NCBI RefSeq assembly: GCF_000011125.1
Contig: NC_000854.2
Coordinates: 1,140,001-1,172,000 of the forward strand
Direction of reading: 5' to 3'
Length of the DNA: 32,000 bases
DNA from: Aeropyrum pernix K1
Lineage (GTDB): Archaea > Thermoproteota > Thermoprotei_A > Sulfolobales > Acidilobaceae
Shown here: piece after piece, positions 1-7,656 of the stretch
Layout: each line of letters begins with the position of its first letter
Position numbering within the stretch: position 1 is the first letter of the stretch
Notes under the pieces: generated by a model
Databases searched by the model: none
What the model was told of the DNA's origin: nothing
What the model saw: only the letters and a program-made list of their open reading frames with translations
Program-made: the position numbers and the translations under genes

Positions 1-64
1 GCCCGGCCCAGTATGCGGGCCTCTCGAGCCCGTGACCCGGGTTCAAATCCCGGCCGCGGCACCA
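1..64 (+). tRNA. tRNA-Glu (anticodon CUC), 5' part cut off by the window edge; CCA encoded in the genome
   Basis: Anticodon stem CGGGC(16-20)/GCCCG(28-32) encloses the loop CTCTCGA (anticodon CTC). T arm is CCGGG-TTCAAAT-CCCGG (37-53). Acceptor 3' strand CCGCGGC, discriminator A, CCA at 62-64. Confidence 0.85.
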
Positions 65-163
65 TACTATTAATCTATTAACTAAACGTTTACAGCGGGG
101 CCTACTCCTTAGCCGGGTAGAGTTTGACTGTAGAGGCTATGAAGAGATTATCTCAAAACCGTC

Positions 164-655
164 TCAGGGTACAGCTCCAGCAGGCTTTATAGATATCCCG
201 TAGAAGTGTGTGATGAAGTAGTAAATCATTATTGCTGAGCCCAGAGTTGCCATGGCTCTGTTGACGGTCCTGTTACTGGATTTGAAGAGCTTAAGCGCGA
301 CTTTCCTCCTGGATATGGGCCAAAATGGCTGGAACTCCATGTATGTCAGGAGGTCCCCAAGTATGTGGATCCAGACTGCTGTAAAGCCCGCTACGAAGCC
401 CTCGATGAATCCCAATCCTTTGAAACCGCCCATCTCCAGGACTGCCCCGAGCAGGAGGCCCGCTACTATCGAGGCGGCGAGGTTGTGTGTATACTTCCTG
501 TGGGCTATCTCTAGAGCCAGGTCCACGTCGGGGAGTGTTGAGAGGCCTACTATGAGGAATCCTATTATCAAGGATTCAGTGGATTTTATGTCTAAAACAG
601 AATATGCTCCGAAGACTATGGCCATAGCCATTCCAAAATGCCCGTCCCTATTCAT
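164..655 (-). CDS. Small polytopic membrane protein, DUF457/YdjM-like membrane-bound metal-dependent hydrolase
   Basis: 163-aa ORF with several hydrophobic helices. His/Asp motifs PDVD...HRKYTHN and HILGDLLT...PFWP resemble the DUF457 family (recalled from memory, not searched). Confidence 0.6.
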   Translation of the reverse strand: MNRDGHFGMAMAIVFGAYSVLDIKSTESLIIGFLIVGLSTLPDVDLALEIAHRKYTHNLAASIVAGLLLGAVLEMGGFKGLGFIEGFVAGFTAVWIHILGDLLTYMEFQPFWPISRRKVALKLFKSSNRTVNRAMATLGSAIMIYYFITHFYGISIKPAGAVP

Positions 656-809
656 AATCCTATTGAACCCTTAGTACATATAGCCAAGTTAATTATGTTT
701 TAAACCTTACCGTACAATATACGCTGCTTGCCGTGAAGCAGCGGCCAGGCTATGGAAGCCTCCAGCATTAATTCCTCCCGCAGTCCCGGGATATGCGTGG
801 GTCTAAGCT

Positions 810-2486
810 GTGGCAAGGCGGATATCAATAGAGAGTGTGCTCCGCAGGATAGACGGTAGGGGGTATAAGGCGTATAAGGATTTAACCGGCGCCTCCGAGG
901 ACCTCGGCAGGCTGGAGATCAGGGTTACCAGGGTTCAGGGCGATCCCTTCGCGCCCCCCAGCGTGGTCGAGGTTTATGTAAGGGGTGTCAGCCCCCCGGC
1001 TGGAGCCCATCCCGTGCCCTACGCGGACTATGTTCACAGGCTCCTGAGCAGAGTCCTGCCACGTTACTCGATGAGGGGCGTGGGAGAGGGGGGTAGCGGC
1101 AAGCTCTCAGTACCAACACCCTCCCCCATAATCATACCCAGGAGTGCTGTGGAGGCCCAGCCCCGGGGAGACGGTGTGTGGAGCCTCCTCTTAAGGGTGT
1201 GGGTTGGCCTACCTTCTAGGGGTAGAAGGGTTCTTGGGAGGGCTGCGAGGGAGCTCCTGCTTGAGAGGCTGCCCAAGGCTGTGCTAACAGTTCTCGAGGG
1301 GCTCAAGGGCGGTGGAGTGGAGCAACATATCACGGTGTGGAAAGACCAGGAGCACATTAGGTCTAGGCTGGAGGATATGGGTCTCTACGCGTTCGTGGGC
1401 GACGGCTCTATACTTCCTAGGAAGTGCGGTGGCTGTTGGGAGCCGCTGGAGGATGCTGTTCCCTTCGAGAGCCCGCCTAGCATGAGGGTCGAGATAGAGC
1501 TGCCGAGCGGGAAGGTCGTCAGCGGCATGGGGCTGCCGAGGGGCGTCACAACGATAACAGGCCCCGCGTTCCACGGTAAGACGACGCTGGCGGAGGCTAT
1601 AGCCCAGGGTGTTTGGAACCACATACCCGGCGACGGCAGGGAGCTTGTTGTGAGCGACCACATGCTAGCGTATGTGGAGAGCGAGAACGGGAGGTGGGTT
1701 TCCTGCGTCGACGCATCACCCTTCATAGAGGCCCTGCCGGGGGGAGCTGACACCCGGTGCTTCACAACTCCAGACGCCAGCGGTGCAACGAGTATAGCGG
1801 CTTCTATCCAGGAGTACGTGGAGGCCGGCGCCTCGGGGGTGCTGTTCGACGAGGACCAGACTGCGACAAACATAATACACAGGGACGTGTGGGCCGAGGA
1901 GATCACAGGAAAGAGGACTGTAAACCCTCTCAGCGACATGGCCCCCAGCATGAAGAAGGCAGGCTTGTCTATGATAGCGGTGGCGAGCGGCGCCATGCCC
2001 CTTCTCGAGAGTTCCGACAGGATAGTGGTTATGGACGAGTTTAGAGCTAGGGACGCTACTGAAAAGAGGATGGAGGCCTCCAGGGTTCTAAGAGAGATGG
2101 GCTATAGGAGGGCCGCCAAAGAGTACACACGGCCTTCCGGGCGGGTGGTGGCTGAGGCTAGGGTTCTAGAGAAGCCCAAGGTTAAGGGTTTCGTTGCTGA
2201 GGCTCGAAACCTGAAGGACAGGATAGACCTAAGGCCCCTCAAGCAGGTTGAGGAGGAGCAGCAGCTGTCCACAGCGTTAAGGGCGGCCAGCGTGATAGCA
2301 TCTAGGAAAAACGCCAGCATCGCTGGTCTAGCGAGAGAGATCTCCAGCAGGCTCTGGAGGTGGGACTACAGCATCATAACCTCCAGGCCGGGGCCGGAGC
2401 TGTCTTATGTTAGACCTCTTGAGATAGCATTCATGGTCAACAGGATCCCTGGCCTCCGCGCGTGCTACGGCCGCTACTGCCTCTAG
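810..2486 (+). CDS. Predicted ATPase of the ABC class (PF09818-like), function unknown
   Basis: 558-aa ORF with a GTG start. N-terminal LRRIDGRGYKAYKDLTG...VQGDPFAPPS and the P-loop-like ITGPAFHGKTTL fit the ABC_ATPase family signature as I recall it. Confidence 0.8.
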   Translation: MARRISIESVLRRIDGRGYKAYKDLTGASEDLGRLEIRVTRVQGDPFAPPSVVEVYVRGVSPPAGAHPVPYADYVHRLLSRVLPRYSMRGVGEGGSGKLSVPTPSPIIIPRSAVEAQPRGDGVWSLLLRVWVGLPSRGRRVLGRAARELLLERLPKAVLTVLEGLKGGGVEQHITVWKDQEHIRSRLEDMGLYAFVGDGSILPRKCGGCWEPLEDAVPFESPPSMRVEIELPSGKVVSGMGLPRGVTTITGPAFHGKTTLAEAIAQGVWNHIPGDGRELVVSDHMLAYVESENGRWVSCVDASPFIEALPGGADTRCFTTPDASGATSIAASIQEYVEAGASGVLFDEDQTATNIIHRDVWAEEITGKRTVNPLSDMAPSMKKAGLSMIAVASGAMPLLESSDRIVVMDEFRARDATEKRMEASRVLREMGYRRAAKEYTRPSGRVVAEARVLEKPKVKGFVAEARNLKDRIDLRPLKQVEEEQQLSTALRAASVIASRKNASIAGLAREISSRLWRWDYSIITSRPGPELSYVRPLEIAFMVNRIPGLRACYGRYCL

Positions 2487-2953
2487 CTGAGCACTATTAG
2501 AACCCCGATCAGTGCTAGGGAGAAACCGGCTATTGAGAATACACCATTGAGCACAGGGTCGTCCCATCTCCCCATAGGTATAGATATCCTCCTACCGAGA
2601 AGCCAAACGCCCGTGGGGTTCAATGCATCCAGAAACAGGTGGCTAAGACCAGAGGCTAGGAAGACGGCAGCACCGCCCAACTCGCACTCCAGGCTGCCCC
2701 CGGCGACATAGCCAGCCACTAAACCGGCAGCAGCCGAGAGGGGGGTTAGGGTTTCGACGCTGTGGAGTATCCTCGTCCGGAGGCTGAAGGCTTGGACAGT
2801 CTCGTGGGACAGCCTGTCGATAGCCACATGGATCCCGGCTGAGGCTAGAACCAGAGGAACAAGGCAGGACCTGCCGAGGCCGATTTCAGCGGCTGCAGCC
2901 GCGGCTAGGATGGCAACGCCTAGGCCAAAAACGATGTGGGTCTCGGTCTTCAA
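2483..2953 (-). CDS. Small polytopic membrane protein, probable second DUF457-like paralogue
   Basis: 156-aa hydrophobic ORF. Motifs TH near the N-terminus, HVAIDRLSHE...ILHS and SHLFLDALNPTGV parallel those of the 164-655 protein. Its stop overlaps the stop of the convergent 810-2486 gene within CTAG. Confidence 0.5.
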   Translation of the reverse strand: MKTETHIVFGLGVAILAAAAAAEIGLGRSCLVPLVLASAGIHVAIDRLSHETVQAFSLRTRILHSVETLTPLSAAAGLVAGYVAGGSLECELGGAAVFLASGLSHLFLDALNPTGVWLLGRRISIPMGRWDDPVLNGVFSIAGFSLALIGVLIVLS

Positions 2954-2967
2954 CCCGTCTTGCCCCT

Positions 2968-3954
2968 CTAGGCTAGGAGGGCTAGTATGTCGCCTATCCC
3001 GAATATCCTGCCCAGCACATCTCCGAATATATATGCCGCAGCAGCAGTTCCGAAGAGTACGCCTAGGTTCTCCACAATCTCCCTTCTAAAGCTAGTCTCG
3101 TTGATAACGCTGCTGTAGAATACGAATATGGATATCAACGCGACGGCGAGCATAACACTAGCCACAAAAGCAAGTATGTTTGAGTGGGTTATAAAGTACG
3201 GCAGAGCTAGGGTGACCACAGCGAAGAAGTATGCAATCCCTGTGGCTATAGCCGACGGTAGAGGGGCTGTTGTGCTCGACTCGTGCTTAGCCTGAAGATA
3301 AGCTGCAGCAGCCATAGATATTGCTGCGGAGAGTCCTACTATGAGGCCAGCCACGCCCGCCACCAGGGTTGTGGCGGTTGCCCCGAGGAACCCGGCGTGG
3401 ACCCCTGTGATCTCCACAATAGCGTCGGCGAGCCCTAGAGCTATAAAACCTAGGTATCTCACAATGCTCTCGTTAATCCTAGATATAAGATAATTCTCGT
3501 GGCTTATCTCGTCCTCTATAATCTCTTCCAGCCTTCTCCTAGTCTCGCCCTCGAGATGTTCTAGGAACCTCTTGTACGACTCTATGACCTCTTTCTCATG
3601 CCTCTCGAGAAACTTGACTGTGAATGTAACCCCCATTATCCTCCTCATGAAACCCAGAACTGCAAGCCTAATCCTGGAAACGTTAACCTTGCAATCGCTC
3701 CCCACTAGCTCCTTCCAGAACTCGTAGTGGCGGTACTCCTGCTCGGCCATCTCCCTCAATATCCTACGGTTTTCCTCATCTCCCTCAATGCTTGATAGGT
3801 AGCTGTACACAACATAGTCTATATACTCGTCCTCGCAGAACCTCCTAGCCTCATGGCGATGCTCTCCTGTCAACACCTCAAACCACCCTTCCTTGATCCT
3901 GATGCCTGGCCCGTCTACAGGGCTTCCAAACCCTATTTTACACCTGTGATACAC
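2968..3954 (-). CDS. Ferritin-like (rubrerythrin-type) domain fused to a VIT1/CCC1 iron/manganese transporter domain
   Basis: The N-terminal half has paired E..H-type motifs (MAEQEYRHYEFW, IEDEISHENYL) typical of di-iron ferritin-like domains. The C-terminal half has about 5 TM helices with Gly/Ala-rich VIT1-like segments. The GTG start at 3954 is uncertain. Confidence 0.8.
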   Translation of the reverse strand: MYHRCKIGFGSPVDGPGIRIKEGWFEVLTGEHRHEARRFCEDEYIDYVVYSYLSSIEGDEENRRILREMAEQEYRHYEFWKELVGSDCKVNVSRIRLAVLGFMRRIMGVTFTVKFLERHEKEVIESYKRFLEHLEGETRRRLEEIIEDEISHENYLISRINESIVRYLGFIALGLADAIVEITGVHAGFLGATATTLVAGVAGLIVGLSAAISMAAAAYLQAKHESSTTAPLPSAIATGIAYFFAVVTLALPYFITHSNILAFVASVMLAVALISIFVFYSSVINETSFRREIVENLGVLFGTAAAAYIFGDVLGRIFGIGDILALLA

Positions 3955-4139
3955 AGAGGCCTAAAGGATATAAGCTAGTCTCTGCTAACCAATAACAACT
4001 CTACACGTATAATAATTACTTAGAGTGGAGTCTGGAAGCCCGCCCAGGGCCCCTATGAGCTGGCTAGACGACGCCGACGCTGCCTAGACTGCGTGGGGTA
4101 ACGGCGTGGGCGAGGGGCTCCTGGGCGGGGGTTCAACAT

Positions 4140-5495
4140 GTGTTGTGTGGGTGTCGATTTATGGGGAAGTATGTGGAGAGGGCTGTGAGGGTCTTTCTGA
4201 ATACAGGCACGAGATTTCCCGAGAGGATAGTGTGGGCTATAGGCATGGTGAAGTACTCTGCTGCGAAGGCTAACATGGAGCTCGGCCTCCTCGACGAGAA
4301 GAGGGCTTCAGCTATTATGCAGGCTGCACTTGAGGTTGCCGAGGGAAAACATAGTGACAAGATAGTGGTTGACGTGTTCCAGACGGGCAGTGGAACCGGG
4401 TTGAACATGAACGTTAACGAGGTCATAGCTGAGAGGGCTTCGGAGATAGCAGGGGTCGATGTACACCCCAATGACCACGTTAACATGAGCCAGTCAAGCA
4501 ACGACGTCATACCAACCGCGATAAGGTTGGCCGCTGCCTCTGCGGTCCTCAGCGAGCTGGTACCCTCGCTCGAGACTATCATAAATAGCCTGGGTAGTGC
4601 TGAGGCGAAGTATGCAAGAGTAGTGAAGCCGGGTCGCACGCACCTCCGTGACGCTCTCCCCGTAACCTTCGGCCAGGAGATGGGGGCTTTCAAAGACGCG
4701 TTCTCAAAGGACCTAGCCATGGTCAGGGAAGCCCTAGAGGCCGTGCTGGAAGTCCCTCTAGGCGGCACAGCTGTGGGCACGGGGATTAACGCCCACCCGG
4801 AATACCCTCGCAGGGCTGTTTCTATACTGGCAGAAAAGACTGGTATACCAGTCAAACCTGCTGCCAGCAGGTTTAGAGCTATGAGGCTGGTCACAGACCT
4901 GGCCATGCTAACAGCTGCCGTTAGATCCGTGGCCATAGACCTTTGGAGGCTGTCACAGGACCTGAGGCTCATGTACAGCGGGCCCTTCACAGGGATAGCA
5001 GAGGTTGAGATACCCCAGGAGGTGCCGGGCAGCAGCATGATGCCCGGCAAGGTGAACCCCGTGACTCTAGAGGCTGCGATGCAGGCTGCCAGCTACGCCA
5101 TAGCCCTGGACAGCTCGCTAGTGCAAGCTTCCCTCCTCGGAGAGTTCGAGCTAAGCATGGGCCTCCCCCTTGCGGGCTACGCTGCGGTAAGGCAGGCCGA
5201 GATAGTGGCGGAGGCTCTTAGGAAGACGGCCGGTCTCGTCATAGGGAGGGTAGAGCCGAGGGTGGAGCGTATGAGAGAGCTTGCTGAGAGGAGTCAGGCT
5301 CTGATAACTCTAGTGGCGCCTATTATAGGGTATGAGAAGGCGGCTGAAGTCTCCAGGATGCTGTACGAGGGTAGAAGCATAAGGGAGGCTCTGAAAGCTG
5401 TGGGGCTCGGCGACGAGGCTATAGAGAAGCTGCTCGATCTTGAAAAACTAGTTAAGCCTGGAATACCAAGTCTTGAGGTCGGGCGTAAGGATTGA
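4140..5495 (+). CDS. fumC: Class II fumarate hydratase (fumarase/aspartase superfamily)
   Basis: Contains QTGSGTGLNMNVNEV, SSNDVIPTA and the fumarate-lyase signature GSSMMPGKVNP (PGK rather than PAK favours fumarase over aspartase). The true start may be the ATG at 4161. The N-terminus is about 20 aa shorter than E. coli FumC. Confidence 0.85.
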   Translation: MLCGCRFMGKYVERAVRVFLNTGTRFPERIVWAIGMVKYSAAKANMELGLLDEKRASAIMQAALEVAEGKHSDKIVVDVFQTGSGTGLNMNVNEVIAERASEIAGVDVHPNDHVNMSQSSNDVIPTAIRLAAASAVLSELVPSLETIINSLGSAEAKYARVVKPGRTHLRDALPVTFGQEMGAFKDAFSKDLAMVREALEAVLEVPLGGTAVGTGINAHPEYPRRAVSILAEKTGIPVKPAASRFRAMRLVTDLAMLTAAVRSVAIDLWRLSQDLRLMYSGPFTGIAEVEIPQEVPGSSMMPGKVNPVTLEAAMQAASYAIALDSSLVQASLLGEFELSMGLPLAGYAAVRQAEIVAEALRKTAGLVIGRVEPRVERMRELAERSQALITLVAPIIGYEKAAEVSRMLYEGRSIREALKAVGLGDEAIEKLLDLEKLVKPGIPSLEVGRKD

Positions 5496-5920
5496 AAGTT
5501 GCTGTTATACGCGCTGAGCACGGGAGAGTCGAGGAGAGTCTAGTATTCGAGGCGAGGCTAGAAGAGGTTGTCAAGGATATGGCCAGGCACGCCCTTGAAG
5601 AGTGGGATCCCGGGAGCAGCGATTTCCTGGTTATAAGAGACGACATAGAGGTAACCGTTGTGGGCGATGTTGAGGAGGATGTTCTGAAGGAGCTTGAGGC
5701 GCAGGGCCGAGTCGAGGGTGAGGGCGGGGAGACGAGGGTCCTCGTGCCTATATACTACATAAGCTTCGACAACGAGATGATCGACGACGAAAACTACATA
5801 GACAAGAGGATACTAGTCATAGCCCCCCTAGTGTATAAGGGTTTCAAAGACGAGCTTGAAGCCCACGCTGCCAGCATGACCGCACCGCCCCAGCGTCCAG
5901 GCGGGATCAAGAAAGTTTGA
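5492..5920 (+). CDS. Hypothetical acidic protein (142 aa), no family recognised
   Basis: The ORF has a TTG start overlapping the fumC stop (TTGA) and lies in the same orientation. Composition is Glu/Asp-rich. No motif recognised. Confidence 0.5.
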   Translation: MKVAVIRAEHGRVEESLVFEARLEEVVKDMARHALEEWDPGSSDFLVIRDDIEVTVVGDVEEDVLKELEAQGRVEGEGGETRVLVPIYYISFDNEMIDDENYIDKRILVIAPLVYKGFKDELEAHAASMTAPPQRPGGIKKV

Positions 5921-5950
5921 ACCATGTAGGAGGCCTGGCTCGAACCACAT

Positions 5951-5960
5951 TCTTAATTAG
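5951..5960 (+). promoter_or_regulatory. TATA-like box upstream of rpl7ae
   Basis: TCTTAATTAG lies about 60 nt upstream of the ATG at 6016. A GGAGG-rich Shine-Dalgarno stretch sits at 6003-6012. Confidence 0.4.
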
Positions 5961-6015
5961 GTCTGCCACACCCAGATTCTAGAGGCTGTGACGACCTGAA
6001 AGGGGAGGAGGAGCC

Positions 6016-6399
6016 ATGAGTAAGCCTATATATGTGAGGTTCGAGGTTCCGGAGGACCTAGCCGAGAAGGCTTATGAAGCCGTTAAGCGTGCAAGGGAGA
6101 CGGGCAGGATAAAGAAGGGGACGAACGAGACTACAAAAGCCGTGGAGAGGGGTCTCGCCAAGCTAGTTGTGATAGCAGAGGACGTGGACCCGCCGGAGAT
6201 AGTCATGCATCTGCCGCTTCTCTGCGACGAGAAGAAGATACCCTACGTCTATGTACCCAGCAAGAAGAGGTTAGGCGAAGCCGCCGGTATAGAAGTAGCA
6301 GCGGCAAGCGTCGCTATAATCGAGCCGGGAGACGCCGAGACCCTAGTAAGGGAGATTGTTGAGAAAGTGAAGGAGCTTCGAGCAAAGGCCGGTGTATAA
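6016..6399 (+). CDS. rpl7ae: Ribosomal protein L7Ae (K-turn binding; also a C/D and H/ACA sRNP component)
   Basis: The 127-aa sequence [21 protein letters not shown]...[14 protein letters not shown]...[14 protein letters not shown] is a clear L7Ae/L30e-fold match. Confidence 0.97.
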   Translation: MSKPIYVRFEVPEDLAEKAYEAVKRARETGRIKKGTNETTKAVERGLAKLVVIAEDVDPPEIVMHLPLLCDEKKIPYVYVPSKKRLGEAAGIEVAAASVAIIEPGDAETLVREIVEKVKELRAKAGV

Positions 6400-6560
6400 A
6401 CTCGCGAGACAGAATATTAGCCTAGCTCGCAATCCTGTTTTAACCCATTTCGCTTTCTTTTATAACCCTCTAACTGGGATATTAATCTTTTTCAGGCTGT
6501 AGCCCCTTTCCCCGTTAAACAGAACATCTTCAACCACTTGAGGCAAGGTGACTCCAGCGC

Positions 6561-7652
6561 ATGTATAACGCTGCTCTACCCTGTAGAACCGCCGATTGGG
6601 CTCTTGAGGAGCTTCTAGGCCTTCCACACGCTAGAGGTCCTGAAGCCCTCATAATGTTCCCATGGGGCTTCAGGGTTGTGGAGTCACGTGTTGACTGGGA
6701 GGAGAGGAGAGGCTGGGTGTTGTATCTTGTCAGAAAAAGGCTGCTTAGCACGCCGACAGCCGCAAGCGTTCTGTCTAGACTGCTTGGGTGTAGGCTTTAC
6801 TCCTATGCAGGTTTGAAGGACGCCTGCTCGGTCTCGTGGCAGCACGTTTCCCTGTATAGGTGTAGGAGGAGGCCTGCCCGGGTTAAAGCTTACAACGGCA
6901 GGATGGAGGCATGGCTCCTGAAGAGAGGGGTCTATGTATACCCTGGAGGCCATAAGGGAAACATGTTCAGTATACGGCTCGAGACGCGGGGTGGTTGCAG
7001 AGCTTCGAGGCTAGGGTGGATTCCGGCTCACTATGGCCCCCAGCGTTTCGGGGTATTCAGGCCCAACAGCCATATTTACAGCATCCTCTATTCAACGGGG
7101 AAATGGGATCTGCTCGCCAGGGAGCTGAGGTACAGGTATCCTCTAGAGCGGAGGATAGGCCCGGGGGATTACGAGTCGAGGATTCTAGCGGACATATCTA
7201 GGGGCCTAGCCCCCCCTCTGGGGCAGCGTTTAGACAGCATTATAGCAGAGGCTCTGAGAAGCTACATATTCAATAGAGCCCTTACACGTGCGATTGAGCT
7301 AGGAGCGAGCTTTTGGTCTCTAGCCGAGTTTGAGGCCGACACCGTCTGCGGCAGCAAGACGTACAAGGTCCCGGCTGTCAGGCTCCCCTCCAGGCTACTC
7401 TATAACACCCGTACTAGCTGGTCGAGGCTTGTAGCCAGGGTTATGGAGGAGGATGGAATAGATCCAGGTATTCTACCCTCGAGAGGCGGATGGAGGCCCC
7501 TCCTCTACCCGGTCTGCAGGTATCGCTGTAGACGTGTAGGCGACTCTGAGCTATCCATACACCTCCACCTCCCGCCAGGGGCTTTCGCAACAATAGCCTT
7601 ACTCGCTCACTACGCTATACTCTGGATGGACTCCTACGCCGACTGCTCGTAG
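6561..7652 (+). CDS. truD: tRNA pseudouridine synthase D (TruD/Pus7 family)
   Basis: YAGLKDACSVSWQHVS matches the catalytic GxKD motif region, and IPAHYGPQRFG matches the NYFGxQRFG motif. An alternative start is the ATG at 6654 (MFPWGFRVVE). Confidence 0.8.
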   Translation: MYNAALPCRTADWALEELLGLPHARGPEALIMFPWGFRVVESRVDWEERRGWVLYLVRKRLLSTPTAASVLSRLLGCRLYSYAGLKDACSVSWQHVSLYRCRRRPARVKAYNGRMEAWLLKRGVYVYPGGHKGNMFSIRLETRGGCRASRLGWIPAHYGPQRFGVFRPNSHIYSILYSTGKWDLLARELRYRYPLERRIGPGDYESRILADISRGLAPPLGQRLDSIIAEALRSYIFNRALTRAIELGASFWSLAEFEADTVCGSKTYKVPAVRLPSRLLYNTRTSWSRLVARVMEEDGIDPGILPSRGGWRPLLYPVCRYRCRRVGDSELSIHLHLPPGAFATIALLAHYAILWMDSYADCS

Positions 7653-7656
7653 AGTT

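Noticed and set aside
722-743. A perfect 8-bp hairpin CGCTGCTT-GCCGTG-AAGCAGCG in the 656-809 intergenic region. It shares a GCAGC/GCTGC core with the 14877-14897 hairpin and was considered as a repeat family.
   Set aside because: There are only two instances with different arm sequences and loops, which is too little for a repeat family. It is more likely an isolated regulatory or structural hairpin in a divergent promoter region.
4021-4161. fumC as a frameshifted pseudogene with a lost N-terminus.
   Set aside because: Translating all three frames upstream of 4140 gave no fumarase-like N-terminal peptide. The short ATG ORF at 4055 stops after 10 codons. The remaining 440+ aa are intact with all catalytic motifs.
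4133-5050. A 305-aa ORF antisense to fumC. Similar long antisense ORFs include 1385-1996, 20799-21560, 8180-8503, 11394-12032 and 29973-30401.
   Set aside because: Each lies entirely inside, and opposite to, a gene with clear family motifs. Their translations are low-complexity and Ser/Ala/Pro/Thr-rich with no motifs. This is the usual by-product of GC-biased codon usage.
5981-6015. A K-turn or K-loop in the rpl7ae leader (GUGACGA-C-CUGA).
   Set aside because: The two GA-containing elements are only 1 nt apart. The flanks (AGAGGC / AAGGGG) are not complementary. So neither a canonical stem nor a plausible K-loop can be drawn.
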